A stretch of 64,000 nucleotides of DNA from the human T2T-CHM13v2.0 reference genome, Homo sapiens, in assembly GCF_009914755.1 (NCBI RefSeq), contig NC_060929.1. One strand, 5' to 3'. Below are positions 11,820-25,632 of this stretch, in pieces. The position numbers and the translations under genes are program-made. How positions within the stretch are numbered: the first letter of the stretch is position 1; each line of letters opens with the position of its first letter. Under the pieces are notes generated by a model. That model was not told where the DNA came from, searched no databases, and worked only from the letters and a program-made list of their open reading frames with translations.

Positions 11820-12030
11820 TGCTAAAATCTGAATGGTTACTACGAGCCACCCAGCTTAGGTAACATACCCAAAATAATCTCTATGAATTCCCACAACACT
11901 CTTATGGGATAGCCATTATTATCTCAATTGTATAAATGAGAAAACAGTGGTTAAGTCACTATAAGGTCACAGAGCTTGGATCCAAACCTAGTGCTTATTT
12001 TACAGCCTGTGCCTTTAGCAACTATACCAC
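11820..12030 (-). mobile_element. MIR
   Basis: CCCACAACAC...ATTATTATCTC...AATGAGAAAAC...AAGGTCACAGAGC. Confidence 0.65.
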
Positions 12031-13139
12031 CAGTATATTTAATCATAACTAATAGAAACAAACACAAATATTGAGTGATTACTTTTATTTTTTATAAGAT
12101 AAACAGACCAAGAGAAATGCTAGTTAAAAGCATTTATCTTTAGAGCAAGAATGCTCCATCCTTGTAGAAACATTGAGACAAAAAGAATGCATAAGAGCAG
12201 CAGTTTTAAGAAAAGTTTGGTGAAACTAAGTGAAATTCCAGGCATGAGCAATCAATTTAAGATTCTATTAGGAAAGCAAAACAATGAGATTATTTCAATT
12301 ATTGAGTTAACAATGAGATTTCACCATCTACATTCTAGCCATGAGTAAGACATTTATTTGAATCAGATAAGGAGATATAATGTCATTTGAAGGAGGCCCA
12401 GTACATTTAATAACAGAGATAAATGAAACTGACAATGATCTCATACTTTATAAATCTAAACAAAGGACCAAGGTTAGACACAGGGATCCTAGTGGTTGAT
12501 GAGTTAGTTAAAATGCCGCTTTTTACCCTATCTATTGGAGACCAGACAGGATTTTTGTTTTCTTCCTCTAAACAAGGAGGTTAAGAAAGAATTAATCCAA
12601 TTGCATTTAAAACAAAGTGCAGGAGCAAGAAACAACCTTGAACCTTCCTTACTCAAATAGCAGCTCTGTTGGTAATTTAATCACTAACTGAGTTGTGTAA
12701 CTTGCCTATGACAAATGGTAAAATACCTACAATGTGGAAATCTGCCAGAGTAATTCCTTCACAGGAATGGGAGGGAAAGGCTCAGCCAGCTCACACTCAT
12801 ACCCTGCCTCCCTATGCTCAGTGTCTGAAATTGCTTCTGTATTAGGAGAGAATATGGGAACTGTTCTGGATCTCAGGAGAATGTGAAGTCACTGAAATGT
12901 TTTTGAATACCCACTTCCCTTCACTCCCCTTCCCACCCTACTTGGTACTTGCTGGCATGTGGCACCATGTGAGCTACAGGCAGTGCATAATGAAGTCTAA
13001 ATGTTAGCAAGGAATGGACAGGAGATCCTGTGGTGTGTGATCTGGCTTGTCCTTTCTGCCTTCCTTGCGCTAATGTTTAGTTTCAGACACGGAAATTTTG
13101 AATGGGATCAATCTGAACTGTTCCTTTCTTTGCTGATAA

Positions 13140-13385
13140 CTACAACTTTTCGTTCTCCAGTCTCAGCTTAAGCTTCATTGTCTCTTGGAGGCTTTCCTAA
13201 GTCACCTGAACTACATTAGGACTCCTTGGCACACACTTCCACAGCTCCCTATGCTTTCTAGTACTAAACACACTTCTTCCATCTTCTCCAGTGCATCAGA
13301 GGGTTCACTGCAACATTTCAACACCCAGTCACAATGTCTGGCATGTTGCTTGCCTTTAGTCAATGTTTGCAGAATGAATGGTTGC
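13140..13385 (+). mobile_element. L2 3' end
   Basis: TCTCAGCTTAA...TCTGGCATG...AATGTTTGCAGAATGAATG. Confidence 0.65.
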
Positions 13386-13417
13386 CTTTGTCATTTTCTT
13401 TTTAAAAAGGTATTGTA

Positions 13418-14200
<783 letters not shown>

Positions 14201-14362
14201 ACTTTTCTTCTTTTAGGTCACATTGTGGTTTCCAATATACTAGACCTTTTCATTATTCACCTGTCAAAAGTGACCTGCACAGGATCTCTGAAAGCTGTAG
14301 GAGAGATAGGTGATAAGCAAACCTATGCTTGTATGAAAATGGGTATCATTGGATTTACAAGA

Positions 14363-14600
14363 AGCAGTGTGGAACAGTGACATGAACATTGATCTGGGAA
14401 TTCAACAGACATGGATTCCAGTAACCACTCAACTTCTTAGCAGCCATGCTGCACTGGGAATACAATGCTTCAGTTTTCATACTGTATAACTTGAATAATA
14501 GTCTCCTATCTGCCTACCTCACAAGGTTGTAACTATGATCAAATGAAATAATATTGCTAAAAAGATTTTGAAACCTGATATATTATGCAACATTGGAACA
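14363..14600 (+). mobile_element. MIR
   Basis: CTTCAGTTTTCAT...CCTACCTCACAAGGTTGT...ATCAAATGAAATAAT. Confidence 0.7.
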
Positions 14601-14944
14601 TCAACAACCAAAATGTATTACCCAAGTGTAATGTGGCAAAAGAGGTATAATAAAACAACCATACAAAAATATAAAATAATGTGTTATTGCCTTCTACATT
14701 TAAACTTGTTATTGTCTACAAGTTGTTATCCTTTATCTACATTAAATTGAGGTGTTCTAGAAATGATACTTTATTCCCAGAGGAAAGATTGGAAGAAAAT
14801 CAGGCTTTTGAGAGAAATGGACTTTGGGTTTCTACTGCCTATAAAATCCTACTGAGAACATCATTGAAATGAATTGAATTGGTTCGAAAAATGGTACTTT
14901 TGCCAAGGTTCTGTCTTTAGGCTTAGGTGTACGTTGAAGTAGGA

Positions 14945-15100
14945 GAGTTGTAATGGTTAAAATGAGGATTTTAGAGTGCAAATGACCTGGGTGCAAATCT
15001 TGGCTCTATTTTCCTTCTCTTTAATGAGTATAATATGATAATTTAACAGGATTGTTGGGAAGATTAAATGAGCTAATGTAGGTAGAGCTGCATATTTGGC
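14945..15100 (+). mobile_element. MIR fragment
   Basis: GACCTGGGTGCAAATC...GGATTGTTGGGAAGATTAAATGAGCTAATG. Confidence 0.65.
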
Positions 15101-15581
15101 CCTTTGAATATGTGGCTCAAATCCAGGCTTAGCTGAGATTTCCCAACAGGTGAGGCAAGGTTGCTGGGGTTTTGTTCCTGTCATATGATCTCAGTTACCT
15201 CAGTTTAACTCCTTCTCACTTTAAAAAAAAGTGTTGGTACAGCCATTATGTCAGGACGTGCAGCTGTCGTATGTCTACTGATAATTTTGAATGAATGACT
15301 GAGCTAGCTATGTTCAGTGAACAAAGAATGCTGTCACTACTAAAAAGAGTTTCGGATGTGTCAAATGTTTTGCCCTGAAGTGCTGACTTCTGGTTTGGAA
15401 ACTGAGAAAGAGTAGCCTGGTTAATCTGTTTGACTAACCAGCAAGGAACCAAAGAGAGGGTTTCAAAGTAGTTGAAGACTAATTTTAATCATGCAATCTT
15501 TTTCTCAAGCAAGAGCTAAGAACAGATAAGACTGAGGCCTAGTATCAGAACTCTGGGTTCCAAATAGCTATTCTTGAAGCA

Positions 15582-15865
15582 TTTTTTTTTCTTTTGAGAC
15601 AGTTTCGCTCCATCCATGTGCAATGGCACAATCTCAGCTCACTGCATCCTTTGCCTGCCAGGTTCAAGTGATTCTCCTGCCTTAGCATCCTAAGTAGCTG
15701 GGATTACAGGCAAGCGCCATGACACTTGGCTAATTTTTGTATTTTTAGTAGAGATTGGGTTTCACCATGTTGGTCAGGCTGGTCTTGAACTCCTGACCTC
15801 AGGTGATCCATTGCCTTGACCTCCCAAAGTGCTGGGATTACAGGTGTGAGCCATCGTGCACAGCC
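15582..15865 (-). mobile_element. AluS with small internal deletion near its 3' end
   Basis: Antisense Alu lacking part of TGTTGCCCAGGCTGGA. Confidence 0.92.
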
Positions 15866-16257
15866 TTCCTGCATTTCTGGTACCCACATCTGCTTTACCA
15901 GAATCCTCTTGTGTTATTCTTATGGTCATAATGAGTCAAAGACCAGACTGACCTGGTGCATTTGCGCACGGATGTTTGATTTCTTGGGAACTGGCTTGCT
16001 TTGCAAGTACATATTTCTGTAAACACATTTACTATAAAGGTCTCTCCACATCTAGGAGGAGGTGAAAAAGAGTAGGAAGGAGGGACAGAACAATGTCCTC
16101 TCCATTCTAGTAATCCCGGGAGGCTTCCTGGAGGGATGTGGCTGGAAAGAATGGGTGGAGATGAGTAGATGCAATTTTGCTGTCATGAATTTCTTTTGTT
16201 GCTCTATAACCTCTACTTGTTCACTCAAGTAGGTTTATTAAGCTCCTCCTATCAAAC

Positions 16258-16522
16258 AACATAGCATAGTGACTTGGGAACTAAATTCCTGGGTTTAAAC
16301 CCCCAATTCTGCCATTTACAAGTTGCATAATCTTGGGCAAGTTTCTTTTAATCTCTCTGTACCTCAATTTCCTTATCTGTAAAATAGAAATAATAAGAAT
16401 ACCTGTCTCACAGGGCCACTGTGGAGATTAAGTAAATTAATTATCTGTATCTATATCTACATCTAGCTTTAAACAGTGGTGGGTCCATTGTAAGAGTTTA
16501 AAAAATTTTAGCTGTTATTATT
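16258..16522 (+). mobile_element. MIR
   Basis: CTTGGGCAAGTT...CCTCAATTTCCTTATCTGTAAAATAG. Confidence 0.85.
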
Positions 16523-17759
16523 ACTTCCAGCTGTAATTGCTGCTAAAAGTAGTAGTCCTATAAAATTTTGGTAAGGACAGGGCTCTTCTGATAAGTTCAT
16601 CAGTTCTTCAGGGTTAAGAAGATACTTAACAATTTTGAGGTTATTAATTTTCTTGGGTATGACAAATAGCTCCAACTTGGTAAACTGATGTCCAGAACTG
16701 GTTTGGGGGGTAAAGACTCCAAGCTATGTCTAATAGTAAAGAAAATAAATACCATTATGTACCTGCTAAATAAGCTGTTCTTTCCAAATGGAAAACATTG
16801 CAGTCATTTCAGTTTGCTACTGAGTTCAGCCAATGCCATTGGAGCAGCACAAATGGAACATAATATAAAAGTATACACACAATGTACTGTTCTAAATTCA
16901 AAGAGTGCATTTCTCTTACACAGCTATTCCCCGAAATTTTCAGAGAGATGATGCATAGAATGAGGTGGTTATTAAGCTGAAAATGAACAACAGTAAAACA
17001 GAGGAGGAATTGCAAGCACTGATAGAGTTGAAGGGAAACCATTAAATATTATAGATAACAGGAATGGAGGGGGATTGTAAGAAATCTCATTAGCCCTGTT
17101 ACTTTTTGGGAAGACTAAGGCTACTATAGTTTGAAATTAATGGACAAAAATCTTTAAAGAAGCTAAAAAGAAAAAAAGATGTCCACAGATGGAAAACTTA
17201 CTTGTTTGTGCAATAGCCTATTGTTTAGTAATGCTCCTAAGAAAGTGACTTTTGTGCAACCTAAATTCCTAACACTGCTAAGTCTGCCTAAATGATGCTG
17301 CTGCCACTGTAGGAAAAAAAAAATACATAACTAGTATTCTTGAGAAATGGTTGGTCCTGTTGTTACTGTTTTTGTTGTTCTACTTAGTTTAACAAAATAT
17401 ATTTCAAGCTTTCTGTTTATATACATTTTTGCAGAGGGGGCTTGTGCAAGGCTTAGAAGTACAGTAGAATGGAAATATTTTAATCTTCCTTAAATAATTC
17501 ACAGGACACTACAGGGCCTTGGGGCTCATTAGAAAGATGATTATGACTGGGCAGGCAGATGTAGAAAGCTGAGAAGACCTGGCTTAATCTTTGTTCATAC
17601 TATACATATCTTGGAAGTAATACTTTTTATGGGGTGTGGGGTGAAAAGGCAGTCAATGTCAGAGCCTTTTCTGAAGAGAGTGAAAACTGAAACAAAACAA
17701 AATAATGCAGTTCCAGAAAATTAGAAGATTGTGACACTAGTTCTAGTTCATATAATTTT

Positions 17760-19040
17760 TAATACTTTTATTGAGATATGTCACATACCATGAGATTACC
17801 CATTTAACATATACAATTCAATGGAAGGTTTTCATTATATTTATAGGGTGGTGCGACCATCACTACAGTCAATTTTAGAACATTTTCATCATCCCCAGAA
17901 GAAACCCTATACCCATTAGCAGCCACTCTGTATTCCTGTTACCCACTTCATGCTCCAACCTCAGGCAACCACTAATCTACTTTCTATCTCTATGGGTTTG
18001 CCTATTTAGTACAGTTCACATAAATGGAATCATACAAAATGTGATCTTTTGTGACTGGCGTTTTTCACTTAGGATGATATTTTCAAGTTTCACTGATATT
18101 GTAGGATGTGTCAGTACCTCATTTCCTTTATTGATAAGATTCCTTTATATAAATATCGCACATTTTGTTTATCTTTTCATCAGTTGATGAAATTTAGGTG
18201 GTTTCTACTTTTTAGATCTTATGAATTATGCTGCTAGGAATATTCATGCATAAGTTTTGTGTGGGCAGATGTGTTTCTCTTAGGTCAATACCTAGCTGTG
18301 GAATTGCTGGGTCATATGGTAACTCTATGATTACCATTCTGAGCAACTGCCAAACTGTTCTCCAAAGTGGCTGCACCATATACTATTCCCACCAGCAATA
18401 TATGAGGGTTCTAATCTCCACATCCTCGTCCAACATTTGCTATTATTTGGCTTTTTTATTATAGCTTCCCTAATGGGTATGAAGTGATACCTCATTGTTG
18501 TTTTCATTTTCATGTTCCCAACGACCAAGGATGTTGAGCGTCTTTTCATGCACTTATTGGCCATTTATGTATCTTCTGTGGAGAAATGTCTACTAAAATT
18601 CTTTGCCAAGTTTTGAATTGTGCTATTTTTAATTGTTGAGTTATAAAAGCTCTTTATGTATTCTAGATACAAGTTCTTTGTCAGATATACATGATTTGCA
18701 AGTATTTTTCCATTTTGAGGGTTTTAAAATATCAATTTCTTGTTAGTGCCCCTTGAGGCATAACCATTTTCAACTTTGATGATGTTCAATTTGTTTCTTT
18801 ATTTTTAAATTGTTGTGCTTTTGGTGCCATATGTAAGAAACCATTGCTTAAGCCAATGTTACAAAGATATACACCTATGTTTTCTTGTAAGAGTTTCAGA
18901 GTTTTAGGTCTTAAGTTTAGGTCTATGATATATTTTTGAGTTAATTTTGTGTATGCTGTAAGAAAGGGTCAACTTCACTGTTTTGCATGTAGATATCCAG
19001 TTTTTCTAGCATCATTTGTCGAAAAGACTATCTTACTCCG
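17760..19040 (-). mobile_element. L1MB (L1MB7/8-like) 3' end, about 1.3 kb
   Basis: TTTTATTGAGATAT...ATACAATTCAATGG; CAGGCAACCACTAATCTACTTTCT. ORF 18331..18564 is an ORF2 C-terminal remnant (KTTMRYHF). Confidence 0.9.
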
Positions 19041-19339
19041 TTAGCTCATATAATTTAAAAAGCCATAGGGAAATATTTAAAAATTCAGCTATTAAACACA
19101 TATCTGTGTGATACCAAACATTGATTTTGTGGATTTTTCTTCCTTACCAATACATTGTTTGACTTTGGACCAAACAGCTTTCATGTATTTGTCCATGTGT
19201 TTCATTAATTTATCAGTGGTATGTTGAATGCCTATTAGGCAACACTGGGCACACAGTGAAAAATTCGATAGTGGGTGCATTGAACCTGAGGCCAGTTCCT
19301 TCCTCCATAGAGAAGGGATGGGAACAGTAGATGATTCTT

Positions 19340-19660
19340 GCATCTTCTGTCTCTCTTCCTCTCCAATACTCCAGTCTTAATATGCAAGGGCCGTCAACAT
19401 GCTATTTTCCCCTATCTTCAATGCTTTTCTTATTTGTTCTCTCCTGATGAACTCCTACTCACTTCAGTTCTCAACTAACCTTTCACTTTCTCAGGGAAGA
19501 TTTCTTGTTCCCCCAGGTCAGTTCCTCCTTGACTTCAGCTGTGTAGGACTTACATGATGGTAATGAATGAATTAATTGGTAATTGTTGGCTTGATGTCTA
19601 TCTCCACTGTTGGTGCGATGGCTTCTCCAGGATGGGTACTTTGTCTATCTTTCCCTGCTC
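19340..19660 (+). mobile_element. L2 fragment
   Basis: GAACTCCTACTCACTTCAGTTCTCAACT...CACTTTCTCAGGGAAG, L2 3' region. Confidence 0.6.
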
Positions 19661-19689
19661 CCTATTGCATATTGCTTGAGAGAGTAGGC

Positions 19690-19885
19690 GCCAGAGTCAA
19701 CAGGCTGATCTGGTGAGACTCCTAGCTGTACTTAGCCACTCTGAATCTCTGTTTCCTCATCTATAAAATGGGGATAATAATGGTACCTCCCTCACAGGGC
19801 TCTGTAAGTATTGAAGAATAATAGTATGTGAAGTGCCCAGGATGGTGTTTGGCACATGGAAGCTGGTTAAAATCTATCAAATGAG
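19690..19885 (+). mobile_element. MIR
   Basis: TTTCCTCATCTATAAAATGGGGATAATAATGGTACCT core. Confidence 0.88.
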
Positions 19886-20194
19886 TGAATGGTGCAATTT
19901 GCCATGTCCAATGGATGCATGTGGCCAATGTACACTTCCCATGGAGGCTGGAGGAGAAGGTTGAATGACTGAATGGGCACAATGAATCCCTAATAACATA
20001 CTGGAATCTCAGGCAACCCCCCAGCATCCTGGATGGAGGTCAAACATCCTGAGAAGGGGGAGATGATGTCTTTCTGAGCCATTGTCTCCAAAACCACTAA
20101 AAACAATTATTAGCCAAACTACTTTTCCACAGAATACCAAGTAACAAGTTTGGCTGATTTAAAGAACAGATTTTTTGTGCCAACATTACTATAG

Positions 20195-20440
20195 CTTAGT
20201 GTTTAACATAGTGCTTAAGAGAAAAGACTTGAGTCCAACTGTGTGGCTTCTCTACTTACCATTTAGGGAAGTCACATCACCTCTTTGTGCCTCAGTTATG
20301 TCTGTAAGATGAGAATATTAATCATACCTTCATTGCAGAGTTGTTGAGAAAATTCAGTGGGACAATGCACAAATAGCACATAGCCTAGTGCCTGGCATAA
20401 TTCCACTGGCTCAAAGAGCATGAGTTACTTTCAGTTGTTA
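20195..20440 (+). mobile_element. MIR
   Basis: CTTTGTGCCTCAGTT...CTGTAAGATGAG...AGTGCCTGGCATA. Confidence 0.8.
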
Positions 20441-20634
20441 GTGTTGGAGAGGCTCTGATTTCTGGCTATGAGAGATCTAAAACCCAAAGTATTAGTTTCA
20501 TTAAACTCTTGACAATCTTCCAAGGAGAATGAGAAACAGAGGGCTTATAAAACACCCATTCTTGCTATTTTATTGTAAGCTACAGTTAATCAGGTTGCCA
20601 AATTTTCCATTCAACCCCAAGAAGTCATAATTGG

Positions 20635-20638
<4 letters not shown>

Positions 20639-20677
<39 letters not shown>

Positions 20678-20687
20678 GTGTGTGTGT
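20639..20687. repeat. (CA)18 directly followed by (GT)6
   Basis: Read directly. Confidence 0.97.
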
Positions 20688-20879
20688 TTGTAACAATTTG
20701 GGGATGGTTGAAATTCAGCCAATTTATTTTTGTCTGGGTTCATAGAACATGAAACAAGTCAATCTCTTGAGTATTTCAGTTTCAAATTAAGGTAAAAAGA
20801 CAGTTTCTATTCATCTTTTGTTTTAGGCCTTCCACAGTCATTCTATCATTTATCCCAGAAGAAAGCTGAGCTTGGGATC

Positions 20880-20978
20880 TCTGCCCTTTTCTTTCCTTCT
20901 TCCCTTCCTTTCCCCATCTCTCTCTCTCCCTCCCTTCCTTGCCATTCCCTTCCTTCCTTCCTTTCTTCTCTCCCTTGT
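20880..20978. repeat. CT-rich low-complexity polypyrimidine tract
   Basis: About 100 nt made almost entirely of C and T. Confidence 0.85.
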
Positions 20979-21749
20979 CCTGTAAAGTGACAGCCTTACA
21001 TCTCTGTGTTAAATGGGAAAAATTAAAATATTTACTTCATGTAGTAGGCACTGATTACATGTTAGTTATGATTCTTATTACTATTTAGAAAAGGCCCATT
21101 CTCTATTATTCCTTTTCTCTTGGTTCTTCTGAGTTTGTCTCTTCAAACTCAAAGTCTTGGGAAAAATTTGCCTATATTTCTTTCCCTAGATCTTTCATTT
21201 GAGCCTGGCTAGCAGCTGTCAGTAATGGGAGAGCATCAGAGTTGCTAATAAATGGTTTGTGTATGAGACTCCTTAGGAACCAGGCATCAGGCCAGCTTCT
21301 TAGATGAGGATTGATTCCTCGCTGGGATGTGCTCATGGCATTGGTTAGTGTGTGCATAGGTCCTGGCTGCTGCTGTCATGTTAGACCTGTCCCAAGGGTG
21401 CTGGGGCAATGACCTTTACTGTGCAGTGGGCGGGGAGAGACAGGCTCAGACACAAGAAACCGTTTCCATAGGGACCAGTCAATACCCTCACGGTCAGTTG
21501 TGAGTGCCTGCAGCCTTGCACACCATATTAAGTAGCATCGCATGGATCTCTGAGGTTCAATGTTCTAAATCAATGCATAGATTGTCAGTTGGCCAGCCTA
21601 TTGGAAGGATTTCTTGCAGTCCATTTCTCTGGCTCTGGGGACTGAGGCAATATGAAAAGTAGGAAAGATGCTGGCATTCTTGCCTGATTCTTCCCTGAGG
21701 CCTAGCAGGGAGGGCCATGGCTCTTGCACTTTAGAGGGCAAATGACTCA

Positions 21750-21840
21750 CTTTGTTAAATGCAGATTTCCCCTAGAGACCCAGATAGATTCAGTTAAGGG
21801 TAGAGACCAGGAAATGGCATTTTTAGAAGCACCTGGGGCT
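21750..21840. mobile_element. MER5-type hAT-Charlie fragment
   Basis: TGTTAAATGCAGATT...CCAGGAAATGGCATTTTTAGAAGCACC. Confidence 0.55.
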
Positions 21841-21984
21841 TAGAACTTAGTTGTAATCATTTTCTTATTTGTGGTCTGTTTCCCTTCCCTCTACCAGTGT
21901 GGAGGCTGATGAAGGCAGGACCTCGTCTATGCTGTTTACTGCTGTAGCCTTGTGGCCTCACCTTGGAGGACAGGAATGAAATGT

Positions 21985-22140
21985 AGCATCTGTCAAACTT
22001 CATTATGCACACTTTTGTGCATAATTATCATAAATGCAAATTCTCATTCATCCTGTCTGGAGTAGGGTCCAAAAGTCTACATTTCTAACTATCTCCTCCT
22101 GGGAAATGCTGCGGGAGGTTGCCCCTCTGAGTAGCAAGGG
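21985..22140. mobile_element. MER5A1-like hAT-Charlie MITE
   Basis: TCAAACTT...AATGCAAATTCTCATTCA...CATTTCTAAC...CTGAGTAGCAAGG. Confidence 0.6.
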
Positions 22141-22360
22141 TGGAGTCTTTAAGAATACGACTTTGGAATCAGACTACCTGAATTTGAATCCTGATTCCTC
22201 CCCTTTCTAGTGGGGAGACCCTGAGCAGGCCCCTGCCCCTTAAAGTGGGGCTAGTACCTCCGTCACAAGGTTCTTTCGGGGTTTTCATAATATACTGGAA
22301 GCAGTTAGGCCAGTATATTGGGAGTGATCAATAAATGTTAACTCTTATTATAATTATTAT
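22141..22360 (+). mobile_element. MIR
   Basis: CTTTGGAATCAGACTACCTGAATTTGAATCC...TCAATAAATGTTA. Confidence 0.8.
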
Positions 22361-22404
22361 GAATACCACCAAGAAGTTTGTTCTCAGATCACAACTTAAG
22401 AGAC

Positions 22405-22640
22405 ACTGGTGTTGTGGGTAATGCACAGAGTTCAGTGACAGACTGCCTGGGCTTACTTCCTGGCTCTATCACTTACTAGTTATATGGTCGTGGGCAAGTT
22501 TTTTAACCACTGCTGCAAATGGGAATAAGAGCAGCACCTATTTCCTATGTTTCTGGGAATGCTGGAGAAGGTAATGCATCCAAAGTTCTCATCTAGTATC
22601 TGGTGTCTTGGAGCCTCATTTATGTTACTATTATTATTGG
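22405..22640 (+). mobile_element. MIR
   Basis: CAGACTGCCTGGG...CACTTACTAG...TGGGCAAGTT. Confidence 0.8.
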
Positions 22641-23018
22641 TCAGCTGTAGCTATCTTTATGGAAAGTTTGGTATGAGATTGTAAATTACTGGGACCTCTG
22701 CTCTGATTAATCCAAACTAATAGTCAGTTCCATTACATATCCTCAACTAGCCATAAGTCATCAACATAGCCACCACTCTTCAGCTATTTCTTAAGAATAA
22801 TCACAACTTCATTTATTAGCTGTGTGCCTTTATAGAGTTATTTAACATTGGTGTACTTCACTTTCCTTATTGATAAGTAGGGGAAAATAATAGATTATAT
22901 AAAGCATATAATAATAATCACATACTAGCATTATAATCACATTTTAATAATTAACATTACTTATGTGGCGGAAAATGTCTTTGTTTTGCCTTCATTGACA
23001 TTTATTTTATTAAAAAAA

Positions 23019-24972
23019 TTTTTTTTAACTTTTAATTTAGGTTCGGGGTACATGTGTGCGTTTGTTACAGAGGTAAATATGTGTCATGGGGGTTTATTGT
23101 ATAGATAATTTCATTACCCAGTTACTAAGCCTAGTACCCAATAGTTATTTTTTCTGATCCTCTCCCTCCTCCCACCCTCCACCCTCAAGTAGGCCCCAGT
23201 ATCTGTTGTTCCCTTCATTGTGTCCATGTGTTTTCCTTATTTAGCTCCCACTTATAAGTGAGAACATGCAGTATTTGGTTTTCTGGTCCTGTTTTAGTGT
23301 ACTAAGGATAATGGCTTCCAGCTCATCCATGTTCCTGCAGAAGACATGATTTCATTCTTTTTTTATGGCTGCATAGTATTCCATGATGGATAGGTACCAC
23401 ATTTTCTTTAGCCAGTCTGTCATTGATGGGCATTTAGGTTGATTCCATATCTTTACTATTGTGAATAGTGCTGCAGTGAACATTCACATGCATGTATCTT
23501 TATGGTAGAATGATTTATGTTCCTCTGGGTATATACCCAGTGATGGGATTGCTGGGTTGAATGGTAGTTCCGTTTACAGCTCCTTGAGGAATTGCCACAC
23601 TGCTTTCCACAATGGCTGGATTAATTTACACTCCCACCAAGAGTGTATAAATGTTCCCTTTCTTCACAACCTTGCCAGCATCTGTTATTTTTTGACTTTT
23701 TAATAATAGCCATTCTGACTGGTAGGAGATGGTATCTCATTGTGGTTTTGATTTGCATTTCTCTAATGATAAGTGATTGAGCTTTTTTTCACGTGCTTGT
23801 TGTCTGCATGTATACTTTCTTTTGAAAAGTGTCTGTTCATGTCCTTTGCCTACTTTTAAATGGGATTTTTTTTTCTTGTAAATTTGTTTAAGTTTCTTAT
23901 AGATGCTGGAATCAGACCTTTGTTAGATGCATAGTTTGAAAATATTTTTTCCCATCTGTATGTTTTCTGTTTACTCTGTTGATGGTTTCTTTTGCTGTGC
24001 AGAGCTCTTTAGTTTAATTTGATCTCATTCATCAATTTTTGCTTTTGTTATGATTGCTTTTGGCATCTTCATCATGAAATCTTTGCTGGTTCCTATGTCC
24101 AGGATGATATTGCCTAGATTGTCTTCCAGGGTTTTTATAGTTTTGAGTTTTACATTTAAGTCTTTAATCTGTCTTGAGTTTATTTTTGTATATGGTATAA
24201 GAAAGGGGTTCAGTTTTATTCTTCTGCACGTGGCTAGCCAGTTATCCCTGCACCATTTATTGAATAGGGAGTCCTTTCCCCTTGTTTGTTTTTGTCAGGT
24301 TTGTCGAAGATCCGATGGTTGTACATGTGTGGTCTTATTTCTGGTCTCTCTGTTCTGTTCCAGTGGTCTATGTATCTGTTTTTGTACCAGTAGCATGCTG
24401 TTTTGGTTACTGTAGCCCTGTAGTGTAGTTTGAAGTCAGGTAGTGTGATGCCTCCAGCTTTGTTCTTTTTGCTTAGGATTGCTTTGGCCACCCAGGCTCT
24501 TTTTGGTTCCATATGAATTTTTAAAAAGTTTTTTCTAGTTCTGTGAAGAATGTCATCGGTAGTTTGATAGGAATAGCTCTGAATCTGTAAGTTGCTTAGG
24601 GCAGTAAGGCCATTTTAATGATATTGATTCTTTCTATTCAGGAGCGTGGAGTTTTTCCATTTGTTTGTGTCATCTGTGATTTCTTTGAGCAGTGTTTTGT
24701 AATTCTCATTGTAGAGATCTTTCACCCTGGTTAGCTGTATTTCTAGGTATTTTGTTCTTTTTGTGGCAATTGTGAAAGGGATCACATTCCTGATTTGGCT
24801 CTTGGCTTGGCTGTTGTTGGTGTATAGGAATGCTACTGATTTTTGTACATTGATTTTGTAAACTGAAACTTTTCTGAAGTTGCTTATCAGCTGAAGGAGC
24901 TTTTGGGCCAAGACTATGGGGTTTTCTAGATATAGAATGTCATCTGCAAACATGAATAGTTTGATTTCTTCT
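23019..24972 (-). mobile_element. L1PA13-16-like 5'-truncated L1, about 1.95 kb
   Basis: 3' UTR CTGATCCTCTCCCTCCTCCCACC. ORF2 remnants [11 protein letters not shown] (RT catalytic region) and [20 protein letters not shown] are broken by frameshifts and stops. Confidence 0.95.
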
Positions 24973-25109
24973 AAATAAATTTAAAACACTTATTTACAAA
25001 TTTTAAATTTATATTTGTTATAAATTTAAGATTAAAATATAAACTGTATTTTAAAAAATGTTAAATACATTTTGAATTTGAAATTTATTTAAAAAATTTA
25101 AAATAATTA

Positions 25110-25632
25110 TAAAATATGTATAACATTTACCGTCTTACCTATTTTAAGTGTGCAGTTCAATAGTATCAATTATATTCATGTTTTTCTTCAACCACCACTA
25201 TCATTCCTCTCCAGAGCTCTTTTCATCTTGCAAAATGCAAACTCTGACCTCATTAAACAGTAAATCCCCATTAATTTCTTCTAATTCCTTGTAAATGCCA
25301 TTTTGTTTTCTGTTTCTATAAATTTGACTACTCTAGGTACCTCATACAAATAGAATTATGTAGTATTTGTTCTTCTATAACTGGCTTATTTCTCTTAGAA
25401 TAATATCTTCAGGGTTCATCCATATTATAGTATGTGTCAGAATTTTTTTCCTTTTTGAGGCTGAATAATTTTCCATTGTATGTATATACCATGTTATTTA
25501 TAGTTTCAAAAATTTTTATTATCATTTTTGTGTTCATCCATTATCTATCAACAGGGACTTGGATTGCTTCCATCTTTTAGTTATTGTGAATAATGCTTCA
25601 GTGAACACGGATGTATAAGTATCTCTTCAAGG
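25110..25632 (-). mobile_element. L1MB 3' end
   Basis: TTTTAAGTGTGCAGTTCA; AATTTGACTACTCTAGGTACCTCATA. Confidence 0.88.

Noticed and set aside
12150-12490. Possible CR1/L3 relic in purine-rich sequence
   Set aside because: Similarity is too faint to support by eye; needs a Dfam search.
24234-24953. Reverse-transcriptase-like ORFs with a FADD motif
   Set aside because: Frameshifted remnants of a 5'-truncated L1 ORF2; not a functional or novel RT system.
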